Below, piece after piece: positions 45,438 through 56,769 of a DNA stretch of 64,000 nucleotides; positions within the stretch are counted from its first letter, which is position 1; every line of letters begins with the position of its first letter. Source of the stretch: Escherichia coli (GTDB taxonomy: Bacteria > Pseudomonadota > Gammaproteobacteria > Enterobacterales > Enterobacteriaceae); assembly GCF_003019035.1 (NCBI RefSeq), contig NZ_CP027447.1. One strand, written 5' to 3'. Under the pieces are notes generated by a model. That model saw only the letters and a list, made by a program, of their open reading frames with translations, ran no database searches and was not told where the DNA came from. Position numbers and translations under genes: made by a program.

Positions 45438-46421
45438 TTACTTCACGTTGTAATTACGCAGAGCGTTACGCCCCAACACAATCCCCGCGCCCACCATACC
45501 GCCCAGCAGCACTGCCAGAATCAAGGTGATTGCTTTCTTCGGGCTATCGCGACGAATTGGCAGTGTGGGTTTCATAACGTAACGGTAGGCATGAATATCA
45601 AGATCATCAACCTTCAGACTTTCGATATCCAGCAGGTTTTGACGAGTCTGATAATAGTTTGGCGAGAACACAAGCGGACGAGTCGCTTCGTGCTTAATCA
45701 TCGACCCCAGTGCTTCGCTACCTAACAAAAGCAACGTGTCCTGAGTAATATTTTCACCAGTCTGCTGAATCTGCGGCTTTGTTACCTGCGCCTGATTCGC
45801 ATACTGCAACGCTTCCTGAATCTGGCGGATACGCAGCGTTTTTTGCTCCTGAGCCACCACTTCCTGAGTTTTCAGGGAATCCTGCAATGTTTTCATGCCC
45901 AACGCAATATTATCCTTCAGGTCCTTTTCCAGCTCTTCATTCACTCGGTCATCAACTTGTTGAATGTATTCAGCCAGCTTTTTCTGTGCATCCGCCGCCG
46001 TTTTCCCAACATAAGAAACAGCTAACGGTAACGGCTGGTTTTTAACAGCGGGCTCGATGGTCAGTTTTTCGCGTTCTTCCTGATTATCCAGCGTTTCCGC
46101 TAATGCAGAGAAAGCGGAACTGAAGCGACCAATCAACGCCTCCTGTAAATCAGCTACTTTTGGCGCAGCCTGGCCATAAATTACATTCATGGCGTTGTTA
46201 TAGCCGGCAATTTGCCCCACATCAGGTTGAGTGACAATGGCTGTTGATGTCCATTGCTCTTTCGCTACTGCCAGGTATCCAATAGCCAACACGATAGCCA
46301 CAATGACTGTGGCGATAATGGTCATCTTACCGCGCCACAGTTGTACCAGTAAATCAATTAAATCAATCTGTTCCGGGTCATTGTTGTGCCCAGAAATATT
46401 ATTATTTTCAACTTTCATCAT
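45438..46421 (-). CDS. wzzB: O-antigen chain-length determinant (polysaccharide co-polymerase)
   Basis: 327-aa ORF with two TM segments flanking a periplasmic coiled-coil region; very similar to my memory of E. coli WzzB (Cld). Confidence 0.9.
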   Translation of the reverse strand: MMKVENNNISGHNNDPEQIDLIDLLVQLWRGKMTIIATVIVAIVLAIGYLAVAKEQWTSTAIVTQPDVGQIAGYNNAMNVIYGQAAPKVADLQEALIGRFSSAFSALAETLDNQEEREKLTIEPAVKNQPLPLAVSYVGKTAADAQKKLAEYIQQVDDRVNEELEKDLKDNIALGMKTLQDSLKTQEVVAQEQKTLRIRQIQEALQYANQAQVTKPQIQQTGENITQDTLLLLGSEALGSMIKHEATRPLVFSPNYYQTRQNLLDIESLKVDDLDIHAYRYVMKPTLPIRRDSPKKAITLILAVLLGGMVGAGIVLGRNALRNYNVK

Positions 46422-46562
46422 TACCCTAACAGACGGAAAATTTCAGGTCGCCATAGTTTAGCGATAATCTGTATGAATGCCATAGGATAAACAATAAATA
46501 TAATGAATTGTTACATGAACATAGATACCAACTACCGCCAAAAATCATCTGATTACAGATAG

Positions 46563-47729
46563 TTAGTCGCTACCGAAAAGATCGCGGGTGTAGACCTTGT
46601 CTGCTGCATCTTTAAGCTCTTCTGACATTCGATTAGAGATAATGACATCAGCCTGTTGCTTAAAAGTCGCGAGATCACGTTCCAGACGTGAATTGAAAAA
46701 CATTTCTTCCTTCATTACCGGTTCATAGATAATCACTTCTACCCCCTTAGCTTTGATACGCTTCATGATCCCCTGAATGGAAGACGCACGAAAGTTATCT
46801 GAACCGCTCTTCATAATTAGGCGATATATCCCTACGACTTTTGGTTTACGCGACAAGATAGCATCGGCAATAAAGTCTTTGCGGGTACGGTTAGCTTCAA
46901 CGATGGCAGAAATGATGTTATTTGGCACAGACTGGTAATTTGCCAGAAGCTGCTTGGTATCTTTCGGCAAACAGTAACCACCGTAACCAAATGATGGATT
47001 GTTGTAATGGTTGCCGATACGAGGATCAAGACAAACACCTTCAATGATTTGACGGGTGTTCAATCCTAGGCTTTCTGCATAACTGTCCAGCTCGTTAAAG
47101 TACGCCACGCGCATTGCAAGGTAAGTATTGGCAAACAGTTTAATGGCCTCTGCTTCTGTTGAATCAGTAAACAGAGTCGGGATATTTTGCTTAATCGCCC
47201 CTTCCTGTAATAACGCGGCAAAACGCTGTGCACGTTCAGAACGTTCGCCGATCACAATACGGGAAGGATGAAGGTTATCGTAAAGGGCTTTGCCTTCTCG
47301 GAGGAATTCAGGGGAGAAAATGATGTTCTCAGTCTTGAATTTTTTTTGCATTGCGGCCGTAAAACCTACCGGAACCGTGGACTTAATAATCATTACGGCA
47401 CAAGGATTTATTTCTGTAACATCTTTAATTACTGATTCTACGCTAGATGTATTGAAATAATTGGTTTTCGGATCATAGTCGGTCGGGGTTGCGATGATTA
47501 CATAATCAGCATTCCGGTAGGCTTCTTTTTTATCTAATGTGGCCTTAAAACGTATTTTGTCTGATTGCAAAAATTGCTGAATTTCTTTATCAACAATAGG
47601 AGATATCCGATCATTTAGCATTGCAACGCGAGATGGCAAAATATCTAATGCTACAACGTTATGATTTTGTGCGATTAATAGCCCATTAGACAGGCCAACA
47701 TAACCGGTTCCGGAAATGGTGATTTTCAT
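46563..47729 (-). CDS. ugd: UDP-glucose 6-dehydrogenase
   Basis: 388-aa ORF with N-terminal Rossmann fold ([16 protein letters not shown]…). Confidence 0.92.
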   Translation of the reverse strand: MKITISGTGYVGLSNGLLIAQNHNVVALDILPSRVAMLNDRISPIVDKEIQQFLQSDKIRFKATLDKKEAYRNADYVIIATPTDYDPKTNYFNTSSVESVIKDVTEINPCAVMIIKSTVPVGFTAAMQKKFKTENIIFSPEFLREGKALYDNLHPSRIVIGERSERAQRFAALLQEGAIKQNIPTLFTDSTEAEAIKLFANTYLAMRVAYFNELDSYAESLGLNTRQIIEGVCLDPRIGNHYNNPSFGYGGYCLPKDTKQLLANYQSVPNNIISAIVEANRTRKDFIADAILSRKPKVVGIYRLIMKSGSDNFRASSIQGIMKRIKAKGVEVIIYEPVMKEEMFFNSRLERDLATFKQQADVIISNRMSEELKDAADKVYTRDLFGSD

Positions 47730-47914
47730 TTCATGCTCTCAGAATTAACTTAACTATGAATCATGATGTTTTAGCACCCTGATAAGAGTTAAAAGTTTTA
47801 ACGCCACGATGATGTCTAGTCAACGAAACGAAAAACATTTCAGATTTTCTTTATAAGAATAGCTGCTATTTATTAAGTTAGTATTAAGCAATGAAATTAA
47901 ATCAATAAGATTGA

Positions 47915-47949
47915 TAGCAAAAAAAAGCCCGGCGATAAATGCCGGGCCT
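47915..47949 (-). terminator. Candidate gnd terminator
   Basis: Minus-strand hairpin gcccggcatttatcgccgggc followed by ttttttt. Confidence 0.55.
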
Positions 47950-47973
47950 TAGTTTATTACTGATTAAATCAGA

Positions 47974-49380
47974 TTAATCCAGCCATTCGGTGTGGAATAC
48001 ACCTTCTTTATCAATGCGCTTATAGGTATGTGCACCGAAATAGTCACGCTGCGCCTGGATCAAGTTTGCTGGCAGTACTGCGGCACGATAGCTGTCATAA
48101 TAAGCAACCGCTGCAGAGAAGGTAGGTACTGGAATGCCGTTCTGCACCGCATAAGCAAGAACATCACGCAGAGCTTGCTGGTAATCGTCGGCAATTTTCT
48201 TAAAGTACGGGGCTAACAGCAGGTTAGCGATCTTCGGATTTTCAGCGTAAGCATCAGTGATTTTCTGCAGGAACTGAGCGCGGATGATACAGCCAGCACG
48301 GAAGATCTTCGCGATTTCACCATAGTTCAGATCCCAGTTGTACTCTTCAGACGCGGCACGTAGCTGTGAGAAGCCCTGAGCGTAAGAAACAATCTTACCC
48401 AGATAAAGCGCACGACGAACTTTCTCAATGAACTCAGCTTTATCGCCTGCTGGTTGTGCTTGCGGACCGGACAGTACTTTAGACGCTGCAACACGCTGCT
48501 CTTTGAGAGAAGAGATGTAACGTGCAAACACTGATTCAGTGATCAGTGACAGAGGCTCACCGAGATCCAGTGCGCTCTGGCTAGTCCACTTACCAGTACC
48601 TTTGTTAGCTGCCTCATCCAGAATCACATCGACCAGGTAGTTACCGTCTTCATCTTTTTTGGTGAAGATATCTTTAGTGATGTCGATCAGGTAGCTGCTC
48701 AGTTCACCGTTGTTCCACTCGGTAAAGGTTTGTGCCAGTTCTTCGTTAGAGAGATTCAGACCACCTTTCAGCAGAGAATAGGCTTCAGCAATCAGTTGCA
48801 TATCACCGTATTCAATACCGTTGTGAACCATCTTCACATAGTGACCTGCGCCATCGGCACCAATATAGGTAACGCACGGTTCGCCATCTTCAGCCACGGC
48901 GGCGATTTTGGTCAGGATAGGTGCAACCAGTTCATAGGCTTCTTTCTGCCCACCAGGCATGATAGAAGGTCCTTTCAGCGCGCCCTCTTCACCACCGGAA
49001 ACACCCGTACCGATGAAGTTAAAGCCTTCTGCAGAAAGCTCCCGGTTACGACGAATAGTATCCTGGAAGAAGGTATTACCACCATCAATGATGATATCTC
49101 CTTTATCGAGATATGGTTTAAGGGAATCAATAGCAGCATCCGTGCCTGCACCTGCTTTCACCATTAACAGGATGCGACGAGGCGTTTCCAGAGATTCAAC
49201 GAACTCTTTCACCGTATAGTAAGGAACCAGTTTCTTGCCTGGATTTTCAGCAATCACTTCTTCCGTCTTTTCACGGGAACGGTTGAAAATAGAGACGGTA
49301 TAACCACGGCTTTCGATGTTGAGCGCGAGGTTGCGTCCCATCACTGCCATACCGACGACGCCGATCTGTTGCTTTGACAT
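47974..49380 (-). CDS. gnd: 6-phosphogluconate dehydrogenase (decarboxylating)
   Basis: 468-aa ORF ([42 protein letters not shown]…). Confidence 0.94.
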   Translation of the reverse strand: MSKQQIGVVGMAVMGRNLALNIESRGYTVSIFNRSREKTEEVIAENPGKKLVPYYTVKEFVESLETPRRILLMVKAGAGTDAAIDSLKPYLDKGDIIIDGGNTFFQDTIRRNRELSAEGFNFIGTGVSGGEEGALKGPSIMPGGQKEAYELVAPILTKIAAVAEDGEPCVTYIGADGAGHYVKMVHNGIEYGDMQLIAEAYSLLKGGLNLSNEELAQTFTEWNNGELSSYLIDITKDIFTKKDEDGNYLVDVILDEAANKGTGKWTSQSALDLGEPLSLITESVFARYISSLKEQRVAASKVLSGPQAQPAGDKAEFIEKVRRALYLGKIVSYAQGFSQLRAASEEYNWDLNYGEIAKIFRAGCIIRAQFLQKITDAYAENPKIANLLLAPYFKKIADDYQQALRDVLAYAVQNGIPVPTFSAAVAYYDSYRAAVLPANLIQAQRDYFGAHTYKRIDKEGVFHTEWLD

Positions 49381-49573
49381 TGTTTACTCCTGTCAGGGGT
49401 GGTCACCGCGGGGTTGCGCGGCTTGAATATGAAACAGATGTTAACTCAAGTTACATGAATGTGTGTAGTGCTGAATTTCATTAATGCAACAAATACCGTT
49501 CATCTTCCTTTATACAGACATCCACTTGTAACCAAACCTACGCGCACATATAAGCGAAGATAAATCTATAACA

Positions 49574-50998
49574 TCAAGAAATTAAAGATATAATATTCCC
49601 AAGCACATTCGTAACATATTGCTTAGCCTGATTTTCATCACTGCCTTCAGCGTAACAACGGAGTTCAGGGGCATTTCCGGAAGGACGGAGATGTATAATA
49701 TCACCATTAGTTAAAATAAATCTTGCACCATCCGTTTCATCAATAGTGGAACAGGATAATGATTCATACCCTAATTTATTAAAGAAATTATTGGGTGATG
49801 AAATGGCATTTTTTATAATTTTCTGACTTGACTCTGAAGGAAAGTTTTTCACTCTATCTGACCAAGTGAATCGCTGTGGAAGATTATTAACCAGTTGAGA
49901 GATAGTACTATTGCGAGAAGCTATTAAGAGCATTAACGCTGGTAATACTGCATCTCGAGTAGGTAACGCATTTAATTCTTTGCCATTAATTTGTAAATCG
50001 GAGGCAAGCAGAAAACCGCCATTAGCTTCAAAACCAGCGACTGAATCAAATTGTTTAGCAAGTTCTGAAAACGCTGCAATCACATAAGGAGAGCCAATTT
50101 TAGTCCGTTGTATATTTGCAAATTTATGAGATTGTTCAATTGCTGTATTACAACTCACTGGAATAGCCAACGCCTTGATATTAAGTTCAATAGCCGTAAG
50201 TAATCCCAGAATATCGCCTCTTAGCCATTCACCATTTTCATCGGCAACTAAAGGGCGATCACCATCACCATCTGTTGAGAAAATTGCATCGAGATTGTAT
50301 TTTTTAGACCACTCTCTTGCAAGTAGACGATCTTCTTCGCTAACTGCTTCCGTATCAATAGGAACGAACTCATCACTTCTACCGAGGGAGATGACCTCAG
50401 CACCCAATTGATTAAAAAGTGGAGCATATAAATCTCGTCCTGCACTAGAATGTTCATAGATCCCAATTCTCTTCCCCTTTAAAATATCGGAATTAAAAAG
50501 AGAAACATAACGTTCCAGGTAGCAATCCGCACCTTGAGTACTTGTTTCAAGATGAGGTAATACATCTACAGGAGAAAAAACATATTCACTATTTACTATT
50601 GCTAACTCATCCTCTTTTGTGATTTCACCATCTGGACGGTAAAATTTCAAACCATTACGGTCAAAAGGTATGTGACTACCGGTAACCATTATGCAGGGGA
50701 TGTTTTTCTGTATGGAATAATGAGCTAATGCAGGGGTCGGAATTACACCATGATATTCAACAGCGAACCCATGTTGTTTGATAGCGAACGCGCATGCCTG
50801 AGCAATTTCATAACTACTCGGGCGGTTGTCAATGGCTAAAGCAACTTTATTAAAATTGTATTTGTCATCAATAACAGAAAGAAACGCATGACTGAAGGCT
50901 GCACAAACATCATGGGTAAAATCGATGACTAAACCACGAGCACCACTAGTGCCGAAAGCAATATTGCTATCGGTAATGATTTTGTTAGCATTTAACAT
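49574..50998 (-). CDS. manB: Phosphomannomutase
   Basis: 474-aa phosphohexomutase-family ORF (…CIMVTGSHIPFDRNGLKF…); first gene on the gnd side of the AT-rich O-antigen cluster. Confidence 0.85.
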   Translation of the reverse strand: MLNANKIITDSNIAFGTSGARGLVIDFTHDVCAAFSHAFLSVIDDKYNFNKVALAIDNRPSSYEIAQACAFAIKQHGFAVEYHGVIPTPALAHYSIQKNIPCIMVTGSHIPFDRNGLKFYRPDGEITKEDELAIVNSEYVFSPVDVLPHLETSTQGADCYLERYVSLFNSDILKGKRIGIYEHSSAGRDLYAPLFNQLGAEVISLGRSDEFVPIDTEAVSEEDRLLAREWSKKYNLDAIFSTDGDGDRPLVADENGEWLRGDILGLLTAIELNIKALAIPVSCNTAIEQSHKFANIQRTKIGSPYVIAAFSELAKQFDSVAGFEANGGFLLASDLQINGKELNALPTRDAVLPALMLLIASRNSTISQLVNNLPQRFTWSDRVKNFPSESSQKIIKNAISSPNNFFNKLGYESLSCSTIDETDGARFILTNGDIIHLRPSGNAPELRCYAEGSDENQAKQYVTNVLGNIISLIS

Positions 50999-51003
50999 GA
51001 TGA

Positions 51004-51750
51004 TTACTTCTTAATAAATTGAGGAAGTTTGGATAGATTTTTATACGCTAAAGCTATTGGCCAGATAATACCATTCTGTTTCATAGCGCGAATATCTTCC
51101 ATTGATTTATTGATCATGGAAGATACTGAGCGATTGCTAATTCCACCAACACGCATTTTCACTAATACTTTTGGTAAGTACGCTATTGAAATACGCTGTT
51201 TTAAAATATAACGTAATAATGAGTCATAATCAGCAGATATTCGGTAATCTAATGAAAAACAACCAAACTGACTATAACAATCGCGTTTCATATAAAATGA
51301 TGGGTGTGGCGGCATCCAACCTAGTTTCATCTTCAAACGGCTAAATGAGCCACTCTTCCATAATCTAATACGTTTAGTTGTATCATTTTTGGCAACATAC
51401 TCCAAATCACCATAAACAGCATCACACCCTGAACTTTCAAATGTTTTTACTATATCTGCAATAGCATCGTCATAAGCAAGTAAGTCATCAGAGTGCAAAA
51501 ATCCAATTATATCACCAGAAGCTGCTTGAATACCTTTATTCAGTGCATCATAAATGCCATTGTCGGGTTCGCAAATGATTGTTGAAACTCTTGTACATTT
51601 ACTCTTGATTAGCTCTATTGTATTATCTTTCGATGCCCCATCTACAACTATATATTCAATATCTGAATGTGTTTGTTTTTCCAGAGAGAGTAATGTATCA
51701 AGAAGCGTTTTTTCACTATTATAAGTTGCTGTGATAATTGAAATCCGCAT
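51004..51750 (-). CDS. Family-2 glycosyltransferase (GT-A fold)
   Basis: 248-aa ORF with MRISIITATYNSEKTL…VVDGASKDNT…DNGIYDALNKG…, a typical GT2 signature. Confidence 0.75.
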   Translation of the reverse strand: MRISIITATYNSEKTLLDTLLSLEKQTHSDIEYIVVDGASKDNTIELIKSKCTRVSTIICEPDNGIYDALNKGIQAASGDIIGFLHSDDLLAYDDAIADIVKTFESSGCDAVYGDLEYVAKNDTTKRIRLWKSGSFSRLKMKLGWMPPHPSFYMKRDCYSQFGCFSLDYRISADYDSLLRYILKQRISIAYLPKVLVKMRVGGISNRSVSSMINKSMEDIRAMKQNGIIWPIALAYKNLSKLPQFIKK

Positions 51751-53156
51751 TAGTATCCAACTCCAGAAGAAGAAACTCTTATAACATCATCCTCTTCCAA
51801 GTAGACTCCTGATCTAACCTCAATTATTTCAAGTGGGATCTTGCCAGGATTTTCAATGGCATGTGGAACACCAACAGGTATATATGTTGATTCATTTTCT
51901 GAAACAAGATAAGTTTTCTCCTCAAGATGAACTTTAGCTGTCCCCGAGACAACAATCCAATGTTCAGTACGATGGTAATGGATCTGCTTAGCGGTAATGT
52001 GACCCGGTAATACAATCACATGTTTAACCTGAAAGCGTTGCCCTTCAGCTATAGTGTCATGACTGCCCCAAGGACGAAAAATTTCCCGATGTTGTAAATA
52101 TTCTGTTCGATTATTCTTTTTAAGCTGAGCTACGATGTTTTTAACTTGCTGAACTTTATCTTTATGAGCAACTAATACTGCATCTTTCGTTTCAACGACA
52201 ACCAAATCCTTTACGCCCACGGCCCCAATAAGTCTATGCTGCGAATAAAGATAACTATCTGTAGCATCCTCAACCAAAACATCACCACGAATGGCATTGC
52301 CGCTTTGGTCTTTTGAACTTATTTCCCACAGCGCAGACCATGACCCAACATCACTCCATTGCGCATCCAATGGTACGACCACAGCTTCAGCTGTTTTTTC
52401 CATAACGGCATAGTCGATTGACTCTTCAGGGCAGCAAGAAAAAGAAGAGTTATCCAAGCGGATAAAATCTAAATCTTGAGTCGAGGAAGCTAAGGATTGC
52501 TGACAACTCTCTAGAATATCTGGACGGAATTTTTTTAGTTCATCGATGAATACAGATGCTCTGAACATAAACATTCCACTATTCCAAAGATAACCGCCAT
52601 CTGACAAATACCGCTGAGCTAATTCTAGCTCTGGCTTTTCAACAAAAGCTGCAACTTTATAACCTTGCCCACTAAGTGGATCACCTGACTTAATATAGCC
52701 ATACCCTGTCTCTGGAGCTGTTGGAACGATGCCAAATGTGACCAACTTACCTTGCTGCGCAAAGTCCTTCGCGGCCAAAACTGCTGTAATGAAACTATTC
52801 TCATCCTGAATTTCATGGTCAGCCGCAAGAACCAAAAGTATAGGATCCTCTCCACTTGCCGTTGCCTGAAGCGCTGCAAGGGCTACAGCAGGTGCCGTAT
52901 TGCGCCCAACAGGCTCAAGCAAAATCCCACTATGCTTTAAACCAACTTTACGTAATTGTTCAGCAACAATGAAACGATGTGATTCATTACAAATGATCAA
53001 AGCAGGATTGTGTTCAATCTTTTCTAGCCGTCGCAAAGTCTCTTGCAACATAGTTAAGCGGCTATTTAAAGACAGAAATTGTTTCGGATAAAGTGTACGT
53101 GAAAGAGGCCATAATCTGGTACCAGATCCACCGGCCATGACAACGGGAAGTAGCAT
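51750..53156 (-). CDS. manC: Mannose-1-phosphate guanylyltransferase (with C-terminal cupin domain)
   Basis: 468-aa ORF ([28 protein letters not shown]…). Confidence 0.88.
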   Translation of the reverse strand: MLLPVVMAGGSGTRLWPLSRTLYPKQFLSLNSRLTMLQETLRRLEKIEHNPALIICNESHRFIVAEQLRKVGLKHSGILLEPVGRNTAPAVALAALQATASGEDPILLVLAADHEIQDENSFITAVLAAKDFAQQGKLVTFGIVPTAPETGYGYIKSGDPLSGQGYKVAAFVEKPELELAQRYLSDGGYLWNSGMFMFRASVFIDELKKFRPDILESCQQSLASSTQDLDFIRLDNSSFSCCPEESIDYAVMEKTAEAVVVPLDAQWSDVGSWSALWEISSKDQSGNAIRGDVLVEDATDSYLYSQHRLIGAVGVKDLVVVETKDAVLVAHKDKVQQVKNIVAQLKKNNRTEYLQHREIFRPWGSHDTIAEGQRFQVKHVIVLPGHITAKQIHYHRTEHWIVVSGTAKVHLEEKTYLVSENESTYIPVGVPHAIENPGKIPLEIIEVRSGVYLEEDDVIRVSSSGVGY

Positions 53157-53161
53157 ATCTA

Positions 53162-53623
53162 TTACCTTGATATAAAATAATTTTTGGTATATTGATGAAC
53201 TGTAGTGCTATTAAGCAACGTTACTACATCAAACCACTTGTAGGAATTATGCTGAATCGTTGGTAGGCGAAGTTGCTGCGGATTAATTTGAATTTCATAT
53301 CCATGCACTACGTAGTGTGTAGAAAAATCTACTTCAGAAAAATTGTCATTGTAAAAGTGTTCATACACACCAAGAAATATGGCCTCACCAAGACTAGTTT
53401 GAACGCCTAACTCTTCAAATGTGATCCTTTTAAAAGCATCCTCGAATGACTCGTCCTTAAAAATTCGCCCTCCAGGCACAAACCAATAATTTTTTGCGGG
53501 GCGATTCAGGCGCTGCCCAAGCAGCGCCTCTCCTTTATCGTTTCTAATTACGAGGTCAATCGAGATTAGAGGAGTATGCTTGACTATTGTTTTAAATAAC
53601 TCATATTCTAATCTCTTTTTCAT
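53162..53623 (-). CDS. gmm: GDP-mannose mannosyl hydrolase (NUDIX)
   Basis: 153-aa NUDIX-family ORF adjacent to fcl and gmd. Confidence 0.75.
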   Translation of the reverse strand: MKKRLEYELFKTIVKHTPLISIDLVIRNDKGEALLGQRLNRPAKNYWFVPGGRIFKDESFEDAFKRITFEELGVQTSLGEAIFLGVYEHFYNDNFSEVDFSTHYVVHGYEIQINPQQLRLPTIQHNSYKWFDVVTLLNSTTVHQYTKNYFISR

Positions 53624-53625
53624 AA

Positions 53626-54591
53626 CTATCCCCGAAAAGAATCAATATTCTCAAGAAACCATTTATATGTTAATGATAGACCTTCATGTAAATTATAGCG
53701 ATGTTGCCAGCCCAAGTTTTTGAGTCGGGTAACGTCCATAAGTTTTCGCGGGGTGCCATCTGGTTTGGTCGCGTCAAAAACAATTTTTCCTTGATAACCC
53801 ACTACAGAAGCCATTGTTTCAGCCATTTCACGTATAGAACAATCCACCCCCGTACCTACATTAATATGAGATAACATTGGTTGTGTATTTTGTTGATAAA
53901 TTGCGTCCTCTAACTCCATCACATGAACCGAGGCAGCAGCCATATCATCAACATATAAAAACTCACGCATCGGCATTCCCGTGCCCCAGACAATAACTTC
54001 TTGTGCACCACTTTCTTTTGCCTCATGGAATCTACGCATAAGCGCCGGAATAACATGGGAGTTTTCAGGATGGAAGTTATCATTCGAACCATAAAGATTA
54101 GTAGGCATTACACTTCTATAATCGCGACCATATTGACGATTATAAGACTCACATAATTTTATGCCCGCAATCTTAGCAATTGCGTATGGCTCATTAGTTG
54201 GCTCAAGTATGCCCGTCAAAAGTGCAGACTCTTTCATCGGCTGCTCAGCAAATTTTGGATAAATACAGCTAGAGCCTAAAAAAAGTAATTTTTGAATTCC
54301 AACCTTGTGAGCTGAATGTATAATATTACTCTCAATCATGAGATTCTGATAAATGAATTCTGCTGGAAATGTATTATTGGCATAAATACCACCTACTTTT
54401 GCCGCAGCAAGATAAACCTGATCAACCCTCTCTCTCTCAAAAAATGCCTCAACATCCTTCTGCACGGTCAGATCGAGTTCTTTGTGTGTTTTAACCACTA
54501 ACTCGATATCATCACGCAGCGATAATTGTCGGCAAATAGCAGAGCCAACCATGCCCTGGTGCCCAGCAACATATACTCTTTTCTTTATCAT
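53626..54591 (-). CDS. fcl: GDP-L-fucose synthase (GDP-4-keto-6-deoxy-D-mannose 3,5-epimerase / 4-reductase)
   Basis: 321-aa SDR ORF ([23 protein letters not shown]…) directly downstream of gmd. Confidence 0.85.
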   Translation of the reverse strand: MIKKRVYVAGHQGMVGSAICRQLSLRDDIELVVKTHKELDLTVQKDVEAFFERERVDQVYLAAAKVGGIYANNTFPAEFIYQNLMIESNIIHSAHKVGIQKLLFLGSSCIYPKFAEQPMKESALLTGILEPTNEPYAIAKIAGIKLCESYNRQYGRDYRSVMPTNLYGSNDNFHPENSHVIPALMRRFHEAKESGAQEVIVWGTGMPMREFLYVDDMAAASVHVMELEDAIYQQNTQPMLSHINVGTGVDCSIREMAETMASVVGYQGKIVFDATKPDGTPRKLMDVTRLKNLGWQHRYNLHEGLSLTYKWFLENIDSFRG

Positions 54592-54594
54592 GTA

Positions 54595-55728
54595 TTAACG
54601 CTCCAGAGAAACCGAAACATCATAACCATGGCTTTTAAGAAGTGCATGTTGTTTCGCTTTTAACAAATCGCTAGCAACCATTTCTGCACACATCTCTTCA
54701 ACTGTAATCTCTGGTTCCCAGCCTAATAGATTTTTTGCTTTTGCAGGGTCACCTAAGAGTGTTTCAACTTCAGCAGGACGGAAATAACGAGGATCAACCC
54801 GAACTATAACGTCTCCAACATTTACACCAATAGCACAATCGGAAATTTTATTAACTACTGTGGCTATCTCATCTACACCCTCACCAGAGAATTCAAGTTC
54901 AAGTCCGACTTCTTTAGCAGCCATACGGACAAATTCACGCACAGATATCTGTTTACCTGTGGCAATGACAAAATCCTCTGGATGATCTTGCTGAAGCATC
55001 ATCCATTGCATGCGAACATAATCTTTAGCGTGTCCCCAGTCACGCAACGAATCCAGATTACCCAAATATAAGCATTGTTCGATCCCCTGAGAAATATTAG
55101 CTATTGCACGAGTAATTTTACGGGTAACAAAAGTTTCTCCACGGCGTGGCGATTCATGGTTAAAAAGAATACCATTACAAGCATATATACCATAAGATTC
55201 ACGGTAGTTAACTGTTATCCAGTAAGCATACATCTTAGCTACAGCATAAGGCGAACGCGGGTAGAATGGAGTTGTTTCACGCTGAGGAATCTCTTGCACT
55301 AAACCAAAAAGTTCTGAAGTAGATGCTTGATAGAAACGTGTTTTTTTCTCCAGCCCACAGATTCGTATTGCTTCTAATAAACGTAATGTCCCTATTGCAT
55401 CTACATCTGCTGTATATTCTGGTGACTCGAATGACACTGCGACATGGGATTGTGCACCAAGGTTATAAATTTCATCCGGTTGAATTTCTTGGATTAAACG
55501 GATCAGATTCGATGTATCTGTTAAATCCCCATAGTGTAAAATAAAATTAGGCTCATCAACGAATCGTGATTGATATATATGATCAATTCTATCAGTGTTA
55601 AATGACGATGCTCGGCGTTTTATACCATGTACTTCATAACCTTTTTCAATAAGAAATTCTGCAAGATATGAACCATCTTGTCCAGTTACGCCTGTGATAA
55701 ATGCAACTTTTTTATTCATTTTAATCAT
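54595..55728 (-). CDS. gmd: GDP-mannose 4,6-dehydratase
   Basis: 372-377 aa ORF (…[20 protein letters not shown]…[18 protein letters not shown]…); start is either MIKMNKK or MNKK. Confidence 0.9.
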   Translation of the reverse strand: MIKMNKKVAFITGVTGQDGSYLAEFLIEKGYEVHGIKRRASSFNTDRIDHIYQSRFVDEPNFILHYGDLTDTSNLIRLIQEIQPDEIYNLGAQSHVAVSFESPEYTADVDAIGTLRLLEAIRICGLEKKTRFYQASTSELFGLVQEIPQRETTPFYPRSPYAVAKMYAYWITVNYRESYGIYACNGILFNHESPRRGETFVTRKITRAIANISQGIEQCLYLGNLDSLRDWGHAKDYVRMQWMMLQQDHPEDFVIATGKQISVREFVRMAAKEVGLELEFSGEGVDEIATVVNKISDCAIGVNVGDVIVRVDPRYFRPAEVETLLGDPAKAKNLLGWEPEITVEEMCAEMVASDLLKAKQHALLKSHGYDVSVSLER

Positions 55729-55737
55729 GTTATGTTC

Positions 55738-56769
55738 CTAAATATTCAACTCATTATAAACTTTAATCGTTTCATTAACACATTTTGACCATGAAAATTT
55801 TTGCGCCTGCAGTAAACCTCTTTCGATCATAACATTTCTTTTTAAATTAACTAATTCTAAAGCTTCTTTTAACGTAAACTCATTAATATCATCAATATAA
55901 ATAGGCGCATTCCCCCCTACTTCCGGCAACGAGGATGTGTTTGCACAAATAACTGGACATCCGGCCTGCATAGCTTCTAGGACAGGTATTCCAAACCCCT
56001 CATAACTGGAAGGGTAAACAAGTGCATATGCAGTATTATACTGTATATTTAAATCTTCATTACTCAAAAATGTAAAATGTTCATATCTATTTTTTAAATA
56101 TTTTTCAAGGAGTTCTCTTTCATATTTTTTAAGCGAGCCTCCGCCTACAATTGTAAGCTTTAAGCCATGTAATTTCCCTACAGCTTTGACTGCAAGAACG
56201 AAATTTTTATAACCTTCTCTGGCACCGACAAACAAAACTGAATTATTTACTCTCATATCAGACATGTTAGAAATATGTTTATATGATGGGGATACACCAT
56301 TATAAATCACTCTAATTTTATCTTCGCTAATTGGACAGTACTTAAGTAAATCTCTAGCAGTGTTGTTTGAAATACAAATTACGATATCACTATTCTTGAT
56401 AGCATGATATTTTTGAAGAGAATGAATAAATTTTGACATTCCTCCCCTGTATTTTTCATAGGTGAAATCATGAACAGTTGTAACATTTTTCACATTCAAA
56501 TTAGGACTTTTATGAACTCGATAATAACTTGAGTGTAAAACCCTAGTTTTAATATCACTTACATTTCTATATCTTTCTAAAATTCTTGGCTTACGATATT
56601 GCAACTTTAAGTCGCTTGTATCAAACTCAAATTCTTTATTTTTATACAATAGAATTTCAGCTTGGTAATTTGATTTCACCATTCCTTGGATCAACTCATT
56701 AAAGTATACACTTATTCCACCAAATGATTGGAGATTATAAATAATCCCATCGATAGTTACCATTATCAT
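55738..56769 (-). CDS. Family-4 (GT-B, retaining) glycosyltransferase
   Basis: 343-aa ORF with C-terminal EX7E-type motif (…YPSSYEGFGIPVLEAMQAGCPVI…). Confidence 0.8.
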   Translation of the reverse strand: MIMVTIDGIIYNLQSFGGISVYFNELIQGMVKSNYQAEILLYKNKEFEFDTSDLKLQYRKPRILERYRNVSDIKTRVLHSSYYRVHKSPNLNVKNVTTVHDFTYEKYRGGMSKFIHSLQKYHAIKNSDIVICISNNTARDLLKYCPISEDKIRVIYNGVSPSYKHISNMSDMRVNNSVLFVGAREGYKNFVLAVKAVGKLHGLKLTIVGGGSLKKYERELLEKYLKNRYEHFTFLSNEDLNIQYNTAYALVYPSSYEGFGIPVLEAMQAGCPVICANTSSLPEVGGNAPIYIDDINEFTLKEALELVNLKRNVMIERGLLQAQKFSWSKCVNETIKVYNELNI